Virus record (IMG/VR): IMGVR_UViG_2770939491_000001
Origin: an uncultured virus (IMG/VR IMGVR_UViG_2770939491_000001)
Taxonomy: Duplodnaviria > Heunggongvirae > Uroviricota > Caudoviricetes
Strand: one strand, 5' to 3'
DNA length: 64,000 nucleotides
Positions 1 through 9,285 of this stretch are shown piece by piece; the stretch's first letter is position 1; each line of letters begins with the position of its first letter. Made by a program: the position numbers and the translations under genes. Below the pieces are notes generated by a model. That model was not told the DNA's origin and did not search any database. It saw nothing but the letters and a program-made list of their open reading frames with translations.

Positions 1-211
1 TACCAATCCGTTATGTACCCCGGATCGGGTCGGCGTAAACCCGCTGTAACAATCAAACCCCCGCAAACGGGTATACCGACCAGCAATCCCCCAGGTCAAC
101 CCAGCTTCACAACACCTAGAGCGATCCACACCACACCCGGCCGATCCGCCCTCCACCAGCGCCCGCAGGACGCCTCAAAGGCACCCATCCCACACTTTCC
201 CCACACACCAC

Positions 212-1513
212 TCACTCCTCCCCCCTAAACCGCTCCAACGCGGGAGTCGAGTCCGGAGCCAGCGTCGGCTGATCCACATAGTGCTGTTCAGTCACCTTCG
301 ACCCCTTCCGATGCCCAAGCTGACGACGCGCATGGTCCACGCCGTACTCCTCGGCGATGATCGTCGCCACCGTCTTCCGCAGCGTCTTCCGACTCACCCA
401 CCCGAACTCCTCCCCCCGCGCCGAATTCCACGGCTTCGACAAACTCGACGAACCCCGGAACGTCCCGTTACGCGTCGGGAACGCCGGCGACTCATCGTCC
501 GCATCCCAGAACGCAGCACCCATCTCCAGGAGGATCGCCACAGCGAACCGCGGCAACACCACCGACCGATTACCCTCCGGGCCAGTCTTGGTATGCGGCT
601 GCCTATAGACCCCCGAATCCCCGTACTTCACCGTGCCGAAGATATCGAGCACCCACGGATCACCGACCCGCTCCGGCCGATGCACATCACACTTCCTCAA
701 ACCCAGGATCTCCCCCGGCCGCGCACCCGTCGCCAACATCATGTCCAGCATCGGCACCAAATGCGCCGCCCGCCGTCGCCCGGTCTTTGCCGGACCGCCC
801 TCGATCGCTTCCCCCCTCGAGTACGCGCGCAACTGCTCCCGCAATCGCGACAGTTCCTCGAAGGTCAACGCCCGAACGGTCGGCACCTTGATCCGCAGCG
901 CCTTCAACGACGAGATGGGATGCGCTCCAGGCGAAATCGCCCCATGCCGTACAGCGAGATCCATCATCCCGCGAACGATCACCCGATGAACAGCTGCCTT
1001 CGACTTCATCCCCTGTGCAATGATCGCTGCCTCATGTGCGGCGTACCTAGGTGCCGTGAGTTCGCGAACCGTCAGATTCGCGAACACAGTCTTGACCTTC
1101 AACGCATCTGGGCGGACACGCATGTCCGGGGTGCCGTCCTTCTTCAGCTTCCGCTCACTCGGCTCGATCTGAGTCCGGTAGAGCCGGATCGAGGCATCGT
1201 TGATCGAGTCGTCGAGGACGCATTCGGCCAACCACAGATCAGCAAGCACAGGGATCTTCGTGTCGGGCGTGACCAGCGACGACCCGGGACCTGCCGACTG
1301 ATTGAGCTCGTCGACGTACTTCTTGAGCGCAGCTTTCGCTGCGGACTTGCTCTGCCCCGTCTTCTCCTTGGGGAGGATGACGCCGTCGGTGGGGCGCCGC
1401 CAACGAGCTCTCGCCCGGTACCCGGTGACCTTGCCGCTGGCGTTCTTGATGGCGGTGTAGCTGATGTCGCCCAGCTCTCCTAGTTCGAGACCTGGGCGTC
1501 CTGAACGGACCAC
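212..1513 (-). CDS. int: Tyrosine integrase
   Basis: 433 aa; catalytic motifs TGARPGEILGL, KTLRKT and QLGH...VTEQHY; N-terminal arm-binding-like region. Confidence 0.95.
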   Translation of the reverse strand: MVRSGRPGLELGELGDISYTAIKNASGKVTGYRARARWRRPTDGVILPKEKTGQSKSAAKAALKKYVDELNQSAGPGSSLVTPDTKIPVLADLWLAECVLDDSINDASIRLYRTQIEPSERKLKKDGTPDMRVRPDALKVKTVFANLTVRELTAPRYAAHEAAIIAQGMKSKAAVHRVIVRGMMDLAVRHGAISPGAHPISSLKALRIKVPTVRALTFEELSRLREQLRAYSRGEAIEGGPAKTGRRRAAHLVPMLDMMLATGARPGEILGLRKCDVHRPERVGDPWVLDIFGTVKYGDSGVYRQPHTKTGPEGNRSVVLPRFAVAILLEMGAAFWDADDESPAFPTRNGTFRGSSSLSKPWNSARGEEFGWVSRKTLRKTVATIIAEEYGVDHARRQLGHRKGSKVTEQHYVDQPTLAPDSTPALERFRGEE

Positions 1514-1526
1514 GACCCACCCCGCC

Positions 1527-1727
1527 CTATGCTGCTATGCCGGCGTTGAGGTTGGCGGTCTTCCATGCTTCGACCTCGCTGCGGAGGTAGCGAGCTTTTC
1601 CGCTGACCCGGTATGCGCGAGGCCCTTTCGGCGGTTTCATCGAAGACCAGTTCGCTAACGTTTTGGAGGAGAAGCGGATCATGTCTGCGACTTCGTCGCG
1701 GGTCAACCAGGAGTCGGTCTCGGTCAT
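1527..1727 (-). CDS. xis: Excisionase / MerR-like HTH protein
   Basis: 66 aa WLTRDEVADMIRFSSKTLANW...GKARYLRSEVEAW, directly upstream of int. Confidence 0.85.
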   Translation of the reverse strand: MTETDSWLTRDEVADMIRFSSKTLANWSSMKPPKGPRAYRVSGKARYLRSEVEAWKTANLNAGIAA

Positions 1728-1741
1728 GAGAAACCACCTTT

Positions 1742-1764
1742 CGTAAAGTATGCTCTACTTTACG
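1742..1764. promoter_or_regulatory. Palindromic operator-like site upstream of xis-int
   Basis: Perfect inverted repeat CGTAAAGTA-tgctc-TACTTTACG; extra half-site at 1775-1783; motif recurs at 46.98, 54.03, 59.1 and 59.3 kb. Confidence 0.7.
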
Positions 1765-1917
1765 TAGTCGCCCCTACTTTACACAACCCTGCGCGTCCCA
1801 CCATTTCCCGCAATGTCCCGGCCGACCTGCGGGAATGAACCATGCCCATTGACAGGCCACCGTATGCTGGACGATCGAACGTGCGCGCCGCGCACCCGTC
1901 CGCGCAGAGGCCGAACC

Positions 1918-2295
1918 ATGACGCACCCTCAACAGCCACCCCCCGGCATGCCGCCGCCCGCCACTCCACAGCCGACCAGCGTCTCGAGCGGGCCTCTCAT
2001 CCCCCAATGGGTAGTGGTTTGCATCGCTGGCGCACTGCTTTTCGGGTACATGATTGCCAACGACTTCACAGGCGCACAGACCGTCGGAACCCTGTTCGTC
2101 CTCAGCATTGGCGCGATCATCGTGCTGGTGATTCGTGCACTGGTCCGACTAGGCGACAAGCGCCCGAGCCCGGTCGTTGTCAACACCGTTTCAGCACTCC
2201 CCCCGCCGGGATGGTACGTCGACCCACAGGGCGCAACCCGCTGGTTCGACGGTCAGCAGTGGACCGACAAGGTCCAGCCTCCAACCGCGAGCTAG
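1918..2295 (+). CDS. Membrane protein with C-terminal DUF2510-like motif (accessory gene)
   Basis: Two hydrophobic helices then PPPGWYVDPQGATRWFDGQQWT; ATG at 1918 chosen. Confidence 0.8.
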   Translation: MTHPQQPPPGMPPPATPQPTSVSSGPLIPQWVVVCIAGALLFGYMIANDFTGAQTVGTLFVLSIGAIIVLVIRALVRLGDKRPSPVVVNTVSALPPPGWYVDPQGATRWFDGQQWTDKVQPPTAS

Positions 2296-2660
2296 GTAGT
2301 CACCGGCACGTCGATCACGCATTCCCAGATGCGTCCGCAGCGCGACCACCGCGTCGCCCGTGATGGCGGTGTGCAGAACGCTTCACACCCGGCGCCGATC
2401 AGGGCGGCGAGGTCGCGGTCGGTGATGTCACCGTGAGGCCAGACTTCGATGCGGCCACCGCGGGGGACGACGATGATGCCGACCTGCTTCCACCATGACC
2501 AGGTGTGGTCGACCCAGATCACGGAGCTTCCTCGGGCGGGTCGGACGATGATGCCGAGCGCGTCGAGAAGGGCGCGGTCACTGGCAGGCACAAGTCGGAC
2601 GTCGAACTGGTCCCACTCGCTTCCGGCGGCGGCGCTTTCGATTCGCTCAGTCGAACTCAT
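2292..2660 (-). CDS. Hypothetical protein, probably leaderless and SOS-regulated
   Basis: 122 aa ORF; TATTAT -10-like hexamer 6 nt before the ATG; LexA box over the start. Confidence 0.7.
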   Translation of the reverse strand: MSSTERIESAAAGSEWDQFDVRLVPASDRALLDALGIIVRPARGSSVIWVDHTWSWWKQVGIIVVPRGGRIEVWPHGDITDRDLAALIGAGCEAFCTPPSRATRWSRCGRIWECVIDVPVTT

Positions 2661-2666
2661 GTTCGA
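2651..2666. promoter_or_regulatory. Actinobacterial LexA (SOS) box
   Basis: TCGAAC-tcat-GTTCGA, exact match to the TCGAAC-N4-GTTCGA consensus. Confidence 0.85.
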
Positions 2667-2724
2667 ATAATAGCGGGTGTTTGCTGAGCATGCACCCGCC
2701 TATCGTGCATAGGTCCAGATACGA

Positions 2725-2765
2725 CGAAATAGCCCCCAACCTGCCTGAGGTTGGGGGCTATTTCG
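2725..2765 (-). terminator. Intrinsic terminator ending the virion operon
   Basis: 18-bp perfect stem cgaaatagcccccaacct / aggttgggggctatttcg with a 5-nt loop, just past the last tail gene. Confidence 0.85.
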
Positions 2766-2774
2766 GTTTGCTAG

Positions 2775-3845
2775 TCAGGGCTGCGTGATTCGTAGCCAGC
2801 CGGAGTTGATGGTGCGGGCGTTGGTGGCCGCGGTAGAGATGGCTTGGACGGTGATGACGTCTCCGCCTGCGAGTGTCACGCCGGTGACGAACGTGGTCAC
2901 AGTTGCGGATCCATTCGCCGGGACGTTGGTACCCGCGCTGGTGTGGAACGGTGTTGCGTTGCCGTTGAGGTGGAACCGAAGAGTGACGGTAGCGACCTGG
3001 GAGAACGATCCGTTCGCCACCACCAGGCTGACTTCGACCCGGCCATTCGCGGTGGAGCCGATGACCACGAGGCCGTGACCGGACAGCGTCGAGCCAGGGT
3101 AGGTGGCGGTCTCTGCGGTCCAGTTCGGGACGACGGCGTAACTGGTGCCGATCGTCGTGCCGGCGGACTTGTTCATTCCCGACGGCTGGAACGTGACAGC
3201 GGCGGCGCCTAGGGTGCCGGTGCTCGTGAACGGTGCGGTCGTGGACGCGACTAGCGGTGCCGCAGCAGAGCCTGCAGCGCTGAACTGTGCCGCTGTCGAC
3301 CCGTAGGTGGCGCCTAGCAGGTCGGCCGTGGCCGTGAACTGCGCCAGCGTAACTGGGGCGGCGGTCGCTTCGAGGTGCCCTTCCGTAGACAACGGGGCGA
3401 TAGCCGCGCTGGTCGGGATGACCATCTCACCTTCAGCGGTGAATGCGGCTGCGGGTGCCGCCACCTGAATGCCCTCGAGGAGACCTTCGGCGGTGAACTG
3501 CGCGAGAGTGACGGGTGCGGCTGTCGCCTCGAACAGGCCGGTCGCGGTGCCGTCGGCGAGTAGGCGGTCGGTCGGGACCTGGAAGGTGCCGACGCCAACG
3601 AAGTCGGCGGCCGGGGCGGGTGCCTGTGTGCCGGTGAGCGATCCGGTTGCGGTGAACGCTGCGGTGGTCACTGGGGCGGCTTGGGCGGTAAGGGTGCCTT
3701 CGGCGGTGGATGCGGCGATGGGTGGTGGGATGTAGAAGCGGCCGGGGAGGCGGGCGCGGGTGCCGGTTGGCAGGGCCGCCTGTGTGGTGCCGCCGTCTGG
3801 CAGGGCCGCTACCCATCGTGTGCCGGTGGGGAGCGGGGCGCGCAT
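2775..3845 (-). CDS. Minor tail / tail fibre protein
   Basis: Ala/Thr/Gly-rich repeats (AxFTAxG) plus a C-terminal beta-rich domain; last gene of the tail module. Confidence 0.75.
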   Translation of the reverse strand: MRAPLPTGTRWVAALPDGGTTQAALPTGTRARLPGRFYIPPPIAASTAEGTLTAQAAPVTTAAFTATGSLTGTQAPAPAADFVGVGTFQVPTDRLLADGTATGLFEATAAPVTLAQFTAEGLLEGIQVAAPAAAFTAEGEMVIPTSAAIAPLSTEGHLEATAAPVTLAQFTATADLLGATYGSTAAQFSAAGSAAAPLVASTTAPFTSTGTLGAAAVTFQPSGMNKSAGTTIGTSYAVVPNWTAETATYPGSTLSGHGLVVIGSTANGRVEVSLVVANGSFSQVATVTLRFHLNGNATPFHTSAGTNVPANGSATVTTFVTGVTLAGGDVITVQAISTAATNARTINSGWLRITQP

Positions 3846-3846
3846 G

Positions 3847-4200
3847 TCAGCTCACCGAGAAGGAGGGGGTGACCTTGATGGTGCCGGCGCTGCCGAGGGT
3901 GATTGACGGTGCGAGGGCACATTTGTCGTGGAAGGTGCCCGCCGAGCTCGCGGACCACAGTCCGGCGTGGGTGAAGTTGCCTGCGGGTGCGTTGAAGGTC
4001 AGCTCGGCCATGGACAGTGAGCCACCGCTGCCGGATGTCCAGGTGCCTTGGACGCGGGCGTAGGAGCCGCCGGAGGCTTCATCAGTGCCGGTGGTGCCGG
4101 GATCAGCGGTGTGGAGGGACACCCAGACGGTGGAGCCGCCATTGATGCCCTTGTATGCATCGGCGAGGACTTGCCGCGTTGCGGCTACAGCAATTGCCAT
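3847..4200 (-). CDS. Minor tail protein
   Basis: VSLHTADPGTTGTDEASGGSYAR motif typical of actinophage tail proteins. Confidence 0.8.
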   Translation of the reverse strand: MAIAVAATRQVLADAYKGINGGSTVWVSLHTADPGTTGTDEASGGSYARVQGTWTSGSGGSLSMAELTFNAPAGNFTHAGLWSASSAGTFHDKCALAPSITLGSAGTIKVTPSFSVS

Positions 4201-4206
4201 TTTGAA

Positions 4207-4515
4207 TCAATCCTGTCGGGCCACTTGGCCGCGGTACCAGCAATAATCTTTGCCATCCGCGAAATGGATGTAGACACGGAAATGTGCTGGGATGGTGATG
4301 GTGTCGGAAACCTCGGACTGGATGTGCCACTGCACCCATGCGGTGGTGACGGTCGCGGACCAGGTGGCGAGTGTGGTTCCTGCGGGGTCGTAGATGACGA
4401 GGGAGCAGGTGGTGCCGACGGGAATGAAATTCCCTTCGGGCACGGTGATTTGGTGGATGAAGTCTTGCCCGGTGACGAGCAGGAGCGTTTCGGTGATGGG
4501 CTCGTTGCCGAGCAT
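4207..4515 (-). CDS. Small tail-associated protein
   Basis: 102 aa beta-rich ORF in the tail module ending WYRGQVARQD. Confidence 0.65.
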   Translation of the reverse strand: MLGNEPITETLLLVTGQDFIHQITVPEGNFIPVGTTCSLVIYDPAGTTLATWSATVTTAWVQWHIQSEVSDTITIPAHFRVYIHFADGKDYCWYRGQVARQD

Positions 4516-4535
4516 CCGGGCCTCCCGGATTAGGG

Positions 4536-5789
4536 TTAGAGGCCGACGCCGGAATAGATTCGGACGTCGTCGAATTGGACGCTGGTCGCTGTGCCGTCGC
4601 GGCTCACGCGCAGCCCCGCGTATGGGTTGGTTCGTGGCACCACGTTGTGGACGTTGCCCGCGTAAACGACTTTCGTGCCGTTGATTTCGAGCCAGCAGAT
4701 TTCGTCGTAGACGGTGAATGCGATTTTGTCGCCGTTGTTGACGACAGCTGCGCGGTCTTGGAAATCGAAGAATGACGGTGTGCCGTTGACGGCGGACGTC
4801 ATGCGGCCGAGGTAGATGTGGTTGCTGTAGATGTTCGCGACCAGCGCTTGAGTGCCAGCGGCGTTGCAGAACAGCATCAGGCTGCCGTCAGCGGTGGAGG
4901 TGGCGTTGCGTACGACGGCTTCGATGCGGGCCCGGCCGTCGAGGTTGCCGACGTCGCGGATCAAACCCACCGACCGGTTGACATCAGTGGTGGTGGCGGT
5001 GTTCTTGTAGTGGCCGCTGACGATGGCCGCGTCGGTGCCGAGCTGGGTCCACCCGTTGGCGACCGCCCCGTCGGCGCGGTTGAAGTCGTCGTAGAAGATC
5101 GACGACCACACCGACATTGGCGGAATGGTCGAGGGGCGGTCGTAGTGGTCGATCTTCCGCACCCACGCGTTGCAGTAAGAGCGGTTGACGAGCCGGACAG
5201 CGCGTCGGGTCGGGCCGAGTTTGTATTGCGCCGACGGCATTGCTGAACCGACATAGGTTCCGTTTAGCCAGATGCGGAGCCATTCGTCGTTTTCGCACCA
5301 CACGCGAAGGTTCAGTGTGCGACCGAAAAATGCCCCGCCTGGCGGGGCCCACGTGTGCAGGTTCCCAAAAGGGGTGAACATGTCCGGGAATTCGGCGTAG
5401 GCCATATTGTCCGCGCCGCCAAGCTCATGCTTGAACCCGACAGCAGCAGCCTTTTGGAATTTGGTGGGTGCGACCTTCGACCACGAATCAGTGAAAACCA
5501 CGAAGAAATGCTGGTTATCGATACCTTCGACGGGGTACCAGACTTCGCATTCGAAACCCCAATTCGGGGTGAACGGCTGCCACGCGTAGCTGGGGCCGCG
5601 TCCGTCGTCGTTCACAACCTGTTCGGTGACGACGAGCTCATCGAGGTTGTTGATGTAGCTGCGTCCGCCGCCGAGGTGCACCCACGGCCAGTAGGTTTGG
5701 CCAATGACGTCGCCCTCGGGGTAGGTGGTGAAGTTGTCTTGGTATCCGGCCCAGGCTCGTGGCACGTTGCGGCGGACGAGGAAGCTCAC
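4536..5789 (-). CDS. Minor tail protein (possible lectin/receptor-binding)
   Basis: 417 aa; two beta-sandwich-like halves, FYDDFNRADG motif. Confidence 0.7.
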   Translation of the reverse strand: MSFLVRRNVPRAWAGYQDNFTTYPEGDVIGQTYWPWVHLGGGRSYINNLDELVVTEQVVNDDGRGPSYAWQPFTPNWGFECEVWYPVEGIDNQHFFVVFTDSWSKVAPTKFQKAAAVGFKHELGGADNMAYAEFPDMFTPFGNLHTWAPPGGAFFGRTLNLRVWCENDEWLRIWLNGTYVGSAMPSAQYKLGPTRRAVRLVNRSYCNAWVRKIDHYDRPSTIPPMSVWSSIFYDDFNRADGAVANGWTQLGTDAAIVSGHYKNTATTTDVNRSVGLIRDVGNLDGRARIEAVVRNATSTADGSLMLFCNAAGTQALVANIYSNHIYLGRMTSAVNGTPSFFDFQDRAAVVNNGDKIAFTVYDEICWLEINGTKVVYAGNVHNVVPRTNPYAGLRVSRDGTATSVQFDDVRIYSGVGL

Positions 5790-6103
5790 TCTTCGAATGC
5801 CCCCGAGATCGTGCCGCCGTGGTCAGCGAGGAACGCACGAATCCCGGCTAGCGCCAACCGGTTACCGCGCAACCCGAGCCGGTCGGTGGGATCGAGGTGC
5901 TCACGCAGTTCGTCGGGAACGGTGTTAAAGCGTGCGATCGCGGCGTCGAGGATCTCGATGGCACGGTCAGCGGGGGTCATGTCGAACAAGCCCTCGACCG
6001 AGTCGACCTCGAAAGCCGCGGCCCACAACGCTTCACGGTTCGGTTGCACCCTGGGCGCGGATTCGATCGTGCCCGTGGCGCCGATGCAGTGGAAGATCAG
6101 CAC
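5786..6103 (-). CDS. Hypothetical protein in tail module
   Basis: 105 aa; RBS before GTG; stop overlaps the next start. Confidence 0.6.
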   Translation of the reverse strand: MLIFHCIGATGTIESAPRVQPNREALWAAAFEVDSVEGLFDMTPADRAIEILDAAIARFNTVPDELREHLDPTDRLGLRGNRLALAGIRAFLADHGGTISGAFEE

Positions 6104-6112
6104 AGTGGCCTC

Positions 6113-6778
6113 CTATGGCTTCGGCGTGAATACGCCAGCGACCGCGATCTGCAGGACCTGCGGTGCGGTGGAGCCGGTGATGGTCGGCACGGTGTAGAAG
6201 AAGCGCTCCTTGTCGAAGACTTGGACTTCGAGGAGCGGGATGTTGTAGCGGGTCACGTTCGCACCGATCACGGCTGACGTGTACGTGGCGAACGACGTGC
6301 CGGTGGCGTTCCACTTCTTGCAGTCGATCGTCATGCCCGCGGGCTGGGACAGCAGCGCGATGTGGACGTCGGTGAGGAAGGCGTCTTGGTCGTCGGGCAC
6401 GTTGAGCACCGGGCCGAGGAGAAGTTCGTTGTCGCCGAGCACGACCGCGGCGGAGGCGACTACGCACTCGATGATCCAGAACGACGAGTTCAGGTATGCC
6501 TTGTCGGCGATGTCGACAGCATTGGCGGCAGCATTCGCCGCTGCCTGTGCGTCATTGACCGCTTGGTCGGCGTACCCCTCGACCACGGTGATCGCGTCGT
6601 AGGCGCCGTTGATGCGGGACCTGACTTCGGTGCCGTGGGTGCCGTGGGCGTTGCTGTAGGAGACCTTCGCGCCCGCTTTGAGCGACGTTTGAACGTCCTC
6701 AGGTGTCATCGCCTGGAAGGCGGTGAAGTCGCCGGGTTCTATGGAGCCATTGGGAATCGGCTCGTTGGGGGCGGTCAC
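6113..6778 (-). CDS. Minor tail protein
   Basis: 221 aa; MTAPNEPIP N-terminus typical of actinophage minor tails; short coiled segment. Confidence 0.65.
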   Translation of the reverse strand: MTAPNEPIPNGSIEPGDFTAFQAMTPEDVQTSLKAGAKVSYSNAHGTHGTEVRSRINGAYDAITVVEGYADQAVNDAQAAANAAANAVDIADKAYLNSSFWIIECVVASAAVVLGDNELLLGPVLNVPDDQDAFLTDVHIALLSQPAGMTIDCKKWNATGTSFATYTSAVIGANVTRYNIPLLEVQVFDKERFFYTVPTITGSTAPQVLQIAVAGVFTPKP

Positions 6779-6803
6779 CGAGGATCACCCCCTTCGCAGG
6801 TAT

Positions 6804-7127
6804 TCAGATGTCGTTGGAGATTTCGGGCGGGATCGGGGGCGGCGGCGGAGACGGCACGTACTGGGCGATGAACGCGCGCAGATCGCGAACGTGGTCGACG
6901 AGGATGTCGATGCGGCGTACGTCGAGGTAGTGCTGCTTGACATCGGCTTCGTGCTGGGACTCCAGCTTTGCGATCCGGTCACGCAGGCTCGCCTGCTCGT
7001 CGCGCAGCGGTGCGAGGACCGCCGTGAAGTCGGCGCGCTGCGATTCCAGCGAGCGTGATCGTGGGATCAGGAATCCCACGAACAAGCTCAGGACGCCCGT
7101 CACCGCCGGGATGATGACGGACCACAC
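6804..7127 (-). CDS. Lysis-associated membrane protein (TM plus coiled coil)
   Basis: N-terminal TM helix, coiled coil, Pro-rich end; follows the holin. Confidence 0.7.
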   Translation of the reverse strand: MWSVIIPAVTGVLSLFVGFLIPRSRSLESQRADFTAVLAPLRDEQASLRDRIAKLESQHEADVKQHYLDVRRIDILVDHVRDLRAFIAQYVPSPPPPPIPPEISNDI

Positions 7128-7130
7128 GGG

Positions 7131-7472
7131 CTACCCCAGGGATGGAGTCTTGGCCGCGGCGACACCGAGGCCGAGAGCGGTTGCTACGACTGCCACGATC
7201 GCGGAGACCTGGGAGTCGGTCGCAACGCCGTAGGCGATCAGGACCGGCTGGGCGACACCGAGGATGCCGTACAGCCAGGTGCGCCAGGTCGCGGTCGAGT
7301 TGGCGCCGGCGACGCCGAAGCCGAGGATGGCTGCGGCGACGGAGCCCCACAGTGCGGCGTTGGAGTCGTTGAGCAGGCCGAGGGTGACGAGCAGGACCTG
7401 TACGGGCGCGAGGAGCGCGTACAGGCGTCCGCGTACATCTGCGGAGAGGTCGCGGAGGGTGTCAAAGGACAT
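7131..7472 (-). CDS. Holin
   Basis: 113 aa from MSFDTLRDL; four TM helices in two internal repeats (RGRLYALL / RTWLYGIL); follows the lysin. Confidence 0.8.
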   Translation of the reverse strand: MSFDTLRDLSADVRGRLYALLAPVQVLLVTLGLLNDSNAALWGSVAAAILGFGVAGANSTATWRTWLYGILGVAQPVLIAYGVATDSQVSAIVAVVATALGLGVAAAKTPSLG

Positions 7473-7512
7473 GGGGTACCTCGATGGGTAGTCGGGTTTG
7501 ACGGGCGCCGGG

Positions 7513-9285
7513 TTAGGCGGCGTCGGCGAGGGGGTTGTCGATCGGACCCTGGGCGAGCACGCCGAGCGTGGGCTTGGGGGTCCAGTAGATGCGGCCGTGT
7601 TCGAAGTCCTGGAACGCTGCACCGTCGAACGGCTGCTCGTCGGAGACCGGCCACCCGTAGGGGCCGTTTTCGAAGCCGCTGCGGTTCCAGTGGTCGCGGA
7701 TGGCGCCGTGGACCCAGAATGCGGGTTGGCCGTGGCGGCGGTAGACGGCGCCGCCCTGGAAGCCCTGCACGACACCCCATTCGGCGCCGGACGGGTCCTT
7801 GAGGACGGTGTGGTCGTTGGCTGGGTAGCCGAGTTGGCCCGCTTCCCAACCGAGTTCGGCGAACTTCTCGAACACCGGGTCGGAGATCGGGTGTGCGCCG
7901 GTGGCGGGGTGCCAGTAGATGTAGCCGTGTTCGAAGTGCGCCCACTTCCCTACCCCGTCGGGGCAGGTGTTCTCACCGTCGGTGAGACGCGCACCGAGCC
8001 AAGGGGTTTCGGCGGCCTTCGCGTCGATCGCGTTGACGAGTGGGGCGATGTCGGCGGTGGCCCAGTAGTTGACTCGTTCGACGTAGATGTCCCAGGGGAA
8101 GTTCGGGCCGACGTCGGTGTGGTCGCCGATGCCGAGGCCGTAGGTGATGCCTGCGTGGTCGGTGAATCCGTCACGCCCGGCGCCGAGTTCCTCCCAGCCG
8201 ATCACTCGGGGGTCGAACCCGTAGTGGCGGGCGTCGCGGACCATGATCCAGGCGGCCATGTCGATGCCGCGGCCGAACTTGGTGAGCCATTCGTCGCGGG
8301 TCATGCTCGCGCGGCTACCGGCGAAGCACAAATTCACGGTGTAGGGGTTGGCGTCGAGCACGCTCCAGCTGGCCCGGTCGGTGTCGACGACGGCGATGCA
8401 GCGTTCGTTGTCGACCACGTAGTGGTAGGAGACGCCCGAGGTGGACCGTTTCAGGTAGTCGGTGAGCGACTGGGCGGTGCCGTTGCCTTCCTGGGTGTGC
8501 AGGACGCCAAGGCGGACGCGGGTGCCGTTGCGACTGTGGGAGTTCGGGGAGTTGCCGGTTTGGTCTTCTTCGACCATGGGCGGGTTGTGCACGGCGGGGC
8601 CTCCCGGCGGTGGGGTCGGTTGGGTGAAGTGCGCCCACTGCCCGTAGTTCGGGGCGAGGATGTCGTTGACGTCGACCGCGGTGCCGTCGATCAGCGGGCC
8701 GGGATTGCTGGGGGTGTCGATGACCCGCTGGTACAGAACGGCTTCGGGGCCGATCAGGGCACCGGACCAGGCGCGGGTTTGCCACGCCCAGAACTTCCCG
8801 CCTGGTGCGGCGCCGATGACGCCGTCTTCGGCCGCCCACGCGCACACGCGGGCGTGCCCGTAGATGCCGGTGCGCTCCACACCGAGGATCGAGTTCACGC
8901 CCCGGAAGAAGTGCACGGCGGTGCCGTTCCAGGCGTCGAGGCTGATGTCCTCGTCGACGGCGAAGAAGATGGGCGCCTTATCGGGGCCGCCCGCGGCGCG
9001 GTGCCGGTCGGCGGCCTCCTGCGCCATCCGCCGGCCACCCTCGTAGCCGGTGGTCCAGTCCGACGGAGCGGACGGGTTGCCAGGTTTGCCGTACTGCCAC
9101 ACCGACGCGATGTCGATGCCGGCGGCGCGGCAGCGGTCGGTGTAGTCCTTGGTGACCGGTTTCGCCCGCATCCATTCGGCGCCAGGCCGCGGCGGGCTGA
9201 CGTAGGCGACTACCCCGGCGTGCCCGGCGGCTTTGATAGCGGCCGGGTCGATCAGGCGGGCAGCGAAATCCACTGCGGTGCTCAT
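7513..9285 (-). CDS. lysA: Endolysin (DUF1906 glycoside-hydrolase-like + Amidase_2 + LGFP repeats)
   Basis: IFFAVDED and TGIYG (DUF1906); VLHTQEG, SYHYVVD, HTDVG (zinc amidase); LGYP/YGWP and QxFExGxIYW repeats. Confidence 0.9.
   Translation of the reverse strand: MSTAVDFAARLIDPAAIKAAGHAGVVAYVSPPRPGAEWMRAKPVTKDYTDRCRAAGIDIASVWQYGKPGNPSAPSDWTTGYEGGRRMAQEAADRHRAAGGPDKAPIFFAVDEDISLDAWNGTAVHFFRGVNSILGVERTGIYGHARVCAWAAEDGVIGAAPGGKFWAWQTRAWSGALIGPEAVLYQRVIDTPSNPGPLIDGTAVDVNDILAPNYGQWAHFTQPTPPPGGPAVHNPPMVEEDQTGNSPNSHSRNGTRVRLGVLHTQEGNGTAQSLTDYLKRSTSGVSYHYVVDNERCIAVVDTDRASWSVLDANPYTVNLCFAGSRASMTRDEWLTKFGRGIDMAAWIMVRDARHYGFDPRVIGWEELGAGRDGFTDHAGITYGLGIGDHTDVGPNFPWDIYVERVNYWATADIAPLVNAIDAKAAETPWLGARLTDGENTCPDGVGKWAHFEHGYIYWHPATGAHPISDPVFEKFAELGWEAGQLGYPANDHTVLKDPSGAEWGVVQGFQGGAVYRRHGQPAFWVHGAIRDHWNRSGFENGPYGWPVSDEQPFDGAAFQDFEHGRIYWTPKPTLGVLAQGPIDNPLADAA

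Noticed and set aside
1..211. att site next to the integrase
   Set aside because: The position is plausible and there is a CCAGGTCA arm-like word, but no core duplication or tRNA remnant can be shown within the window
281..1483. Long plus-strand ORFs opposite real genes (also 7498-9303, 14761-16104, 27832-29043 and others)
   Set aside because: High-GC antisense shadows of motif-supported minus-strand genes; no recognisable motifs of their own
2775..6778. Diversity-generating retroelement or invertible tail-fibre cassette
   Set aside because: No reverse transcriptase, template/variable repeat pair or invertase seen
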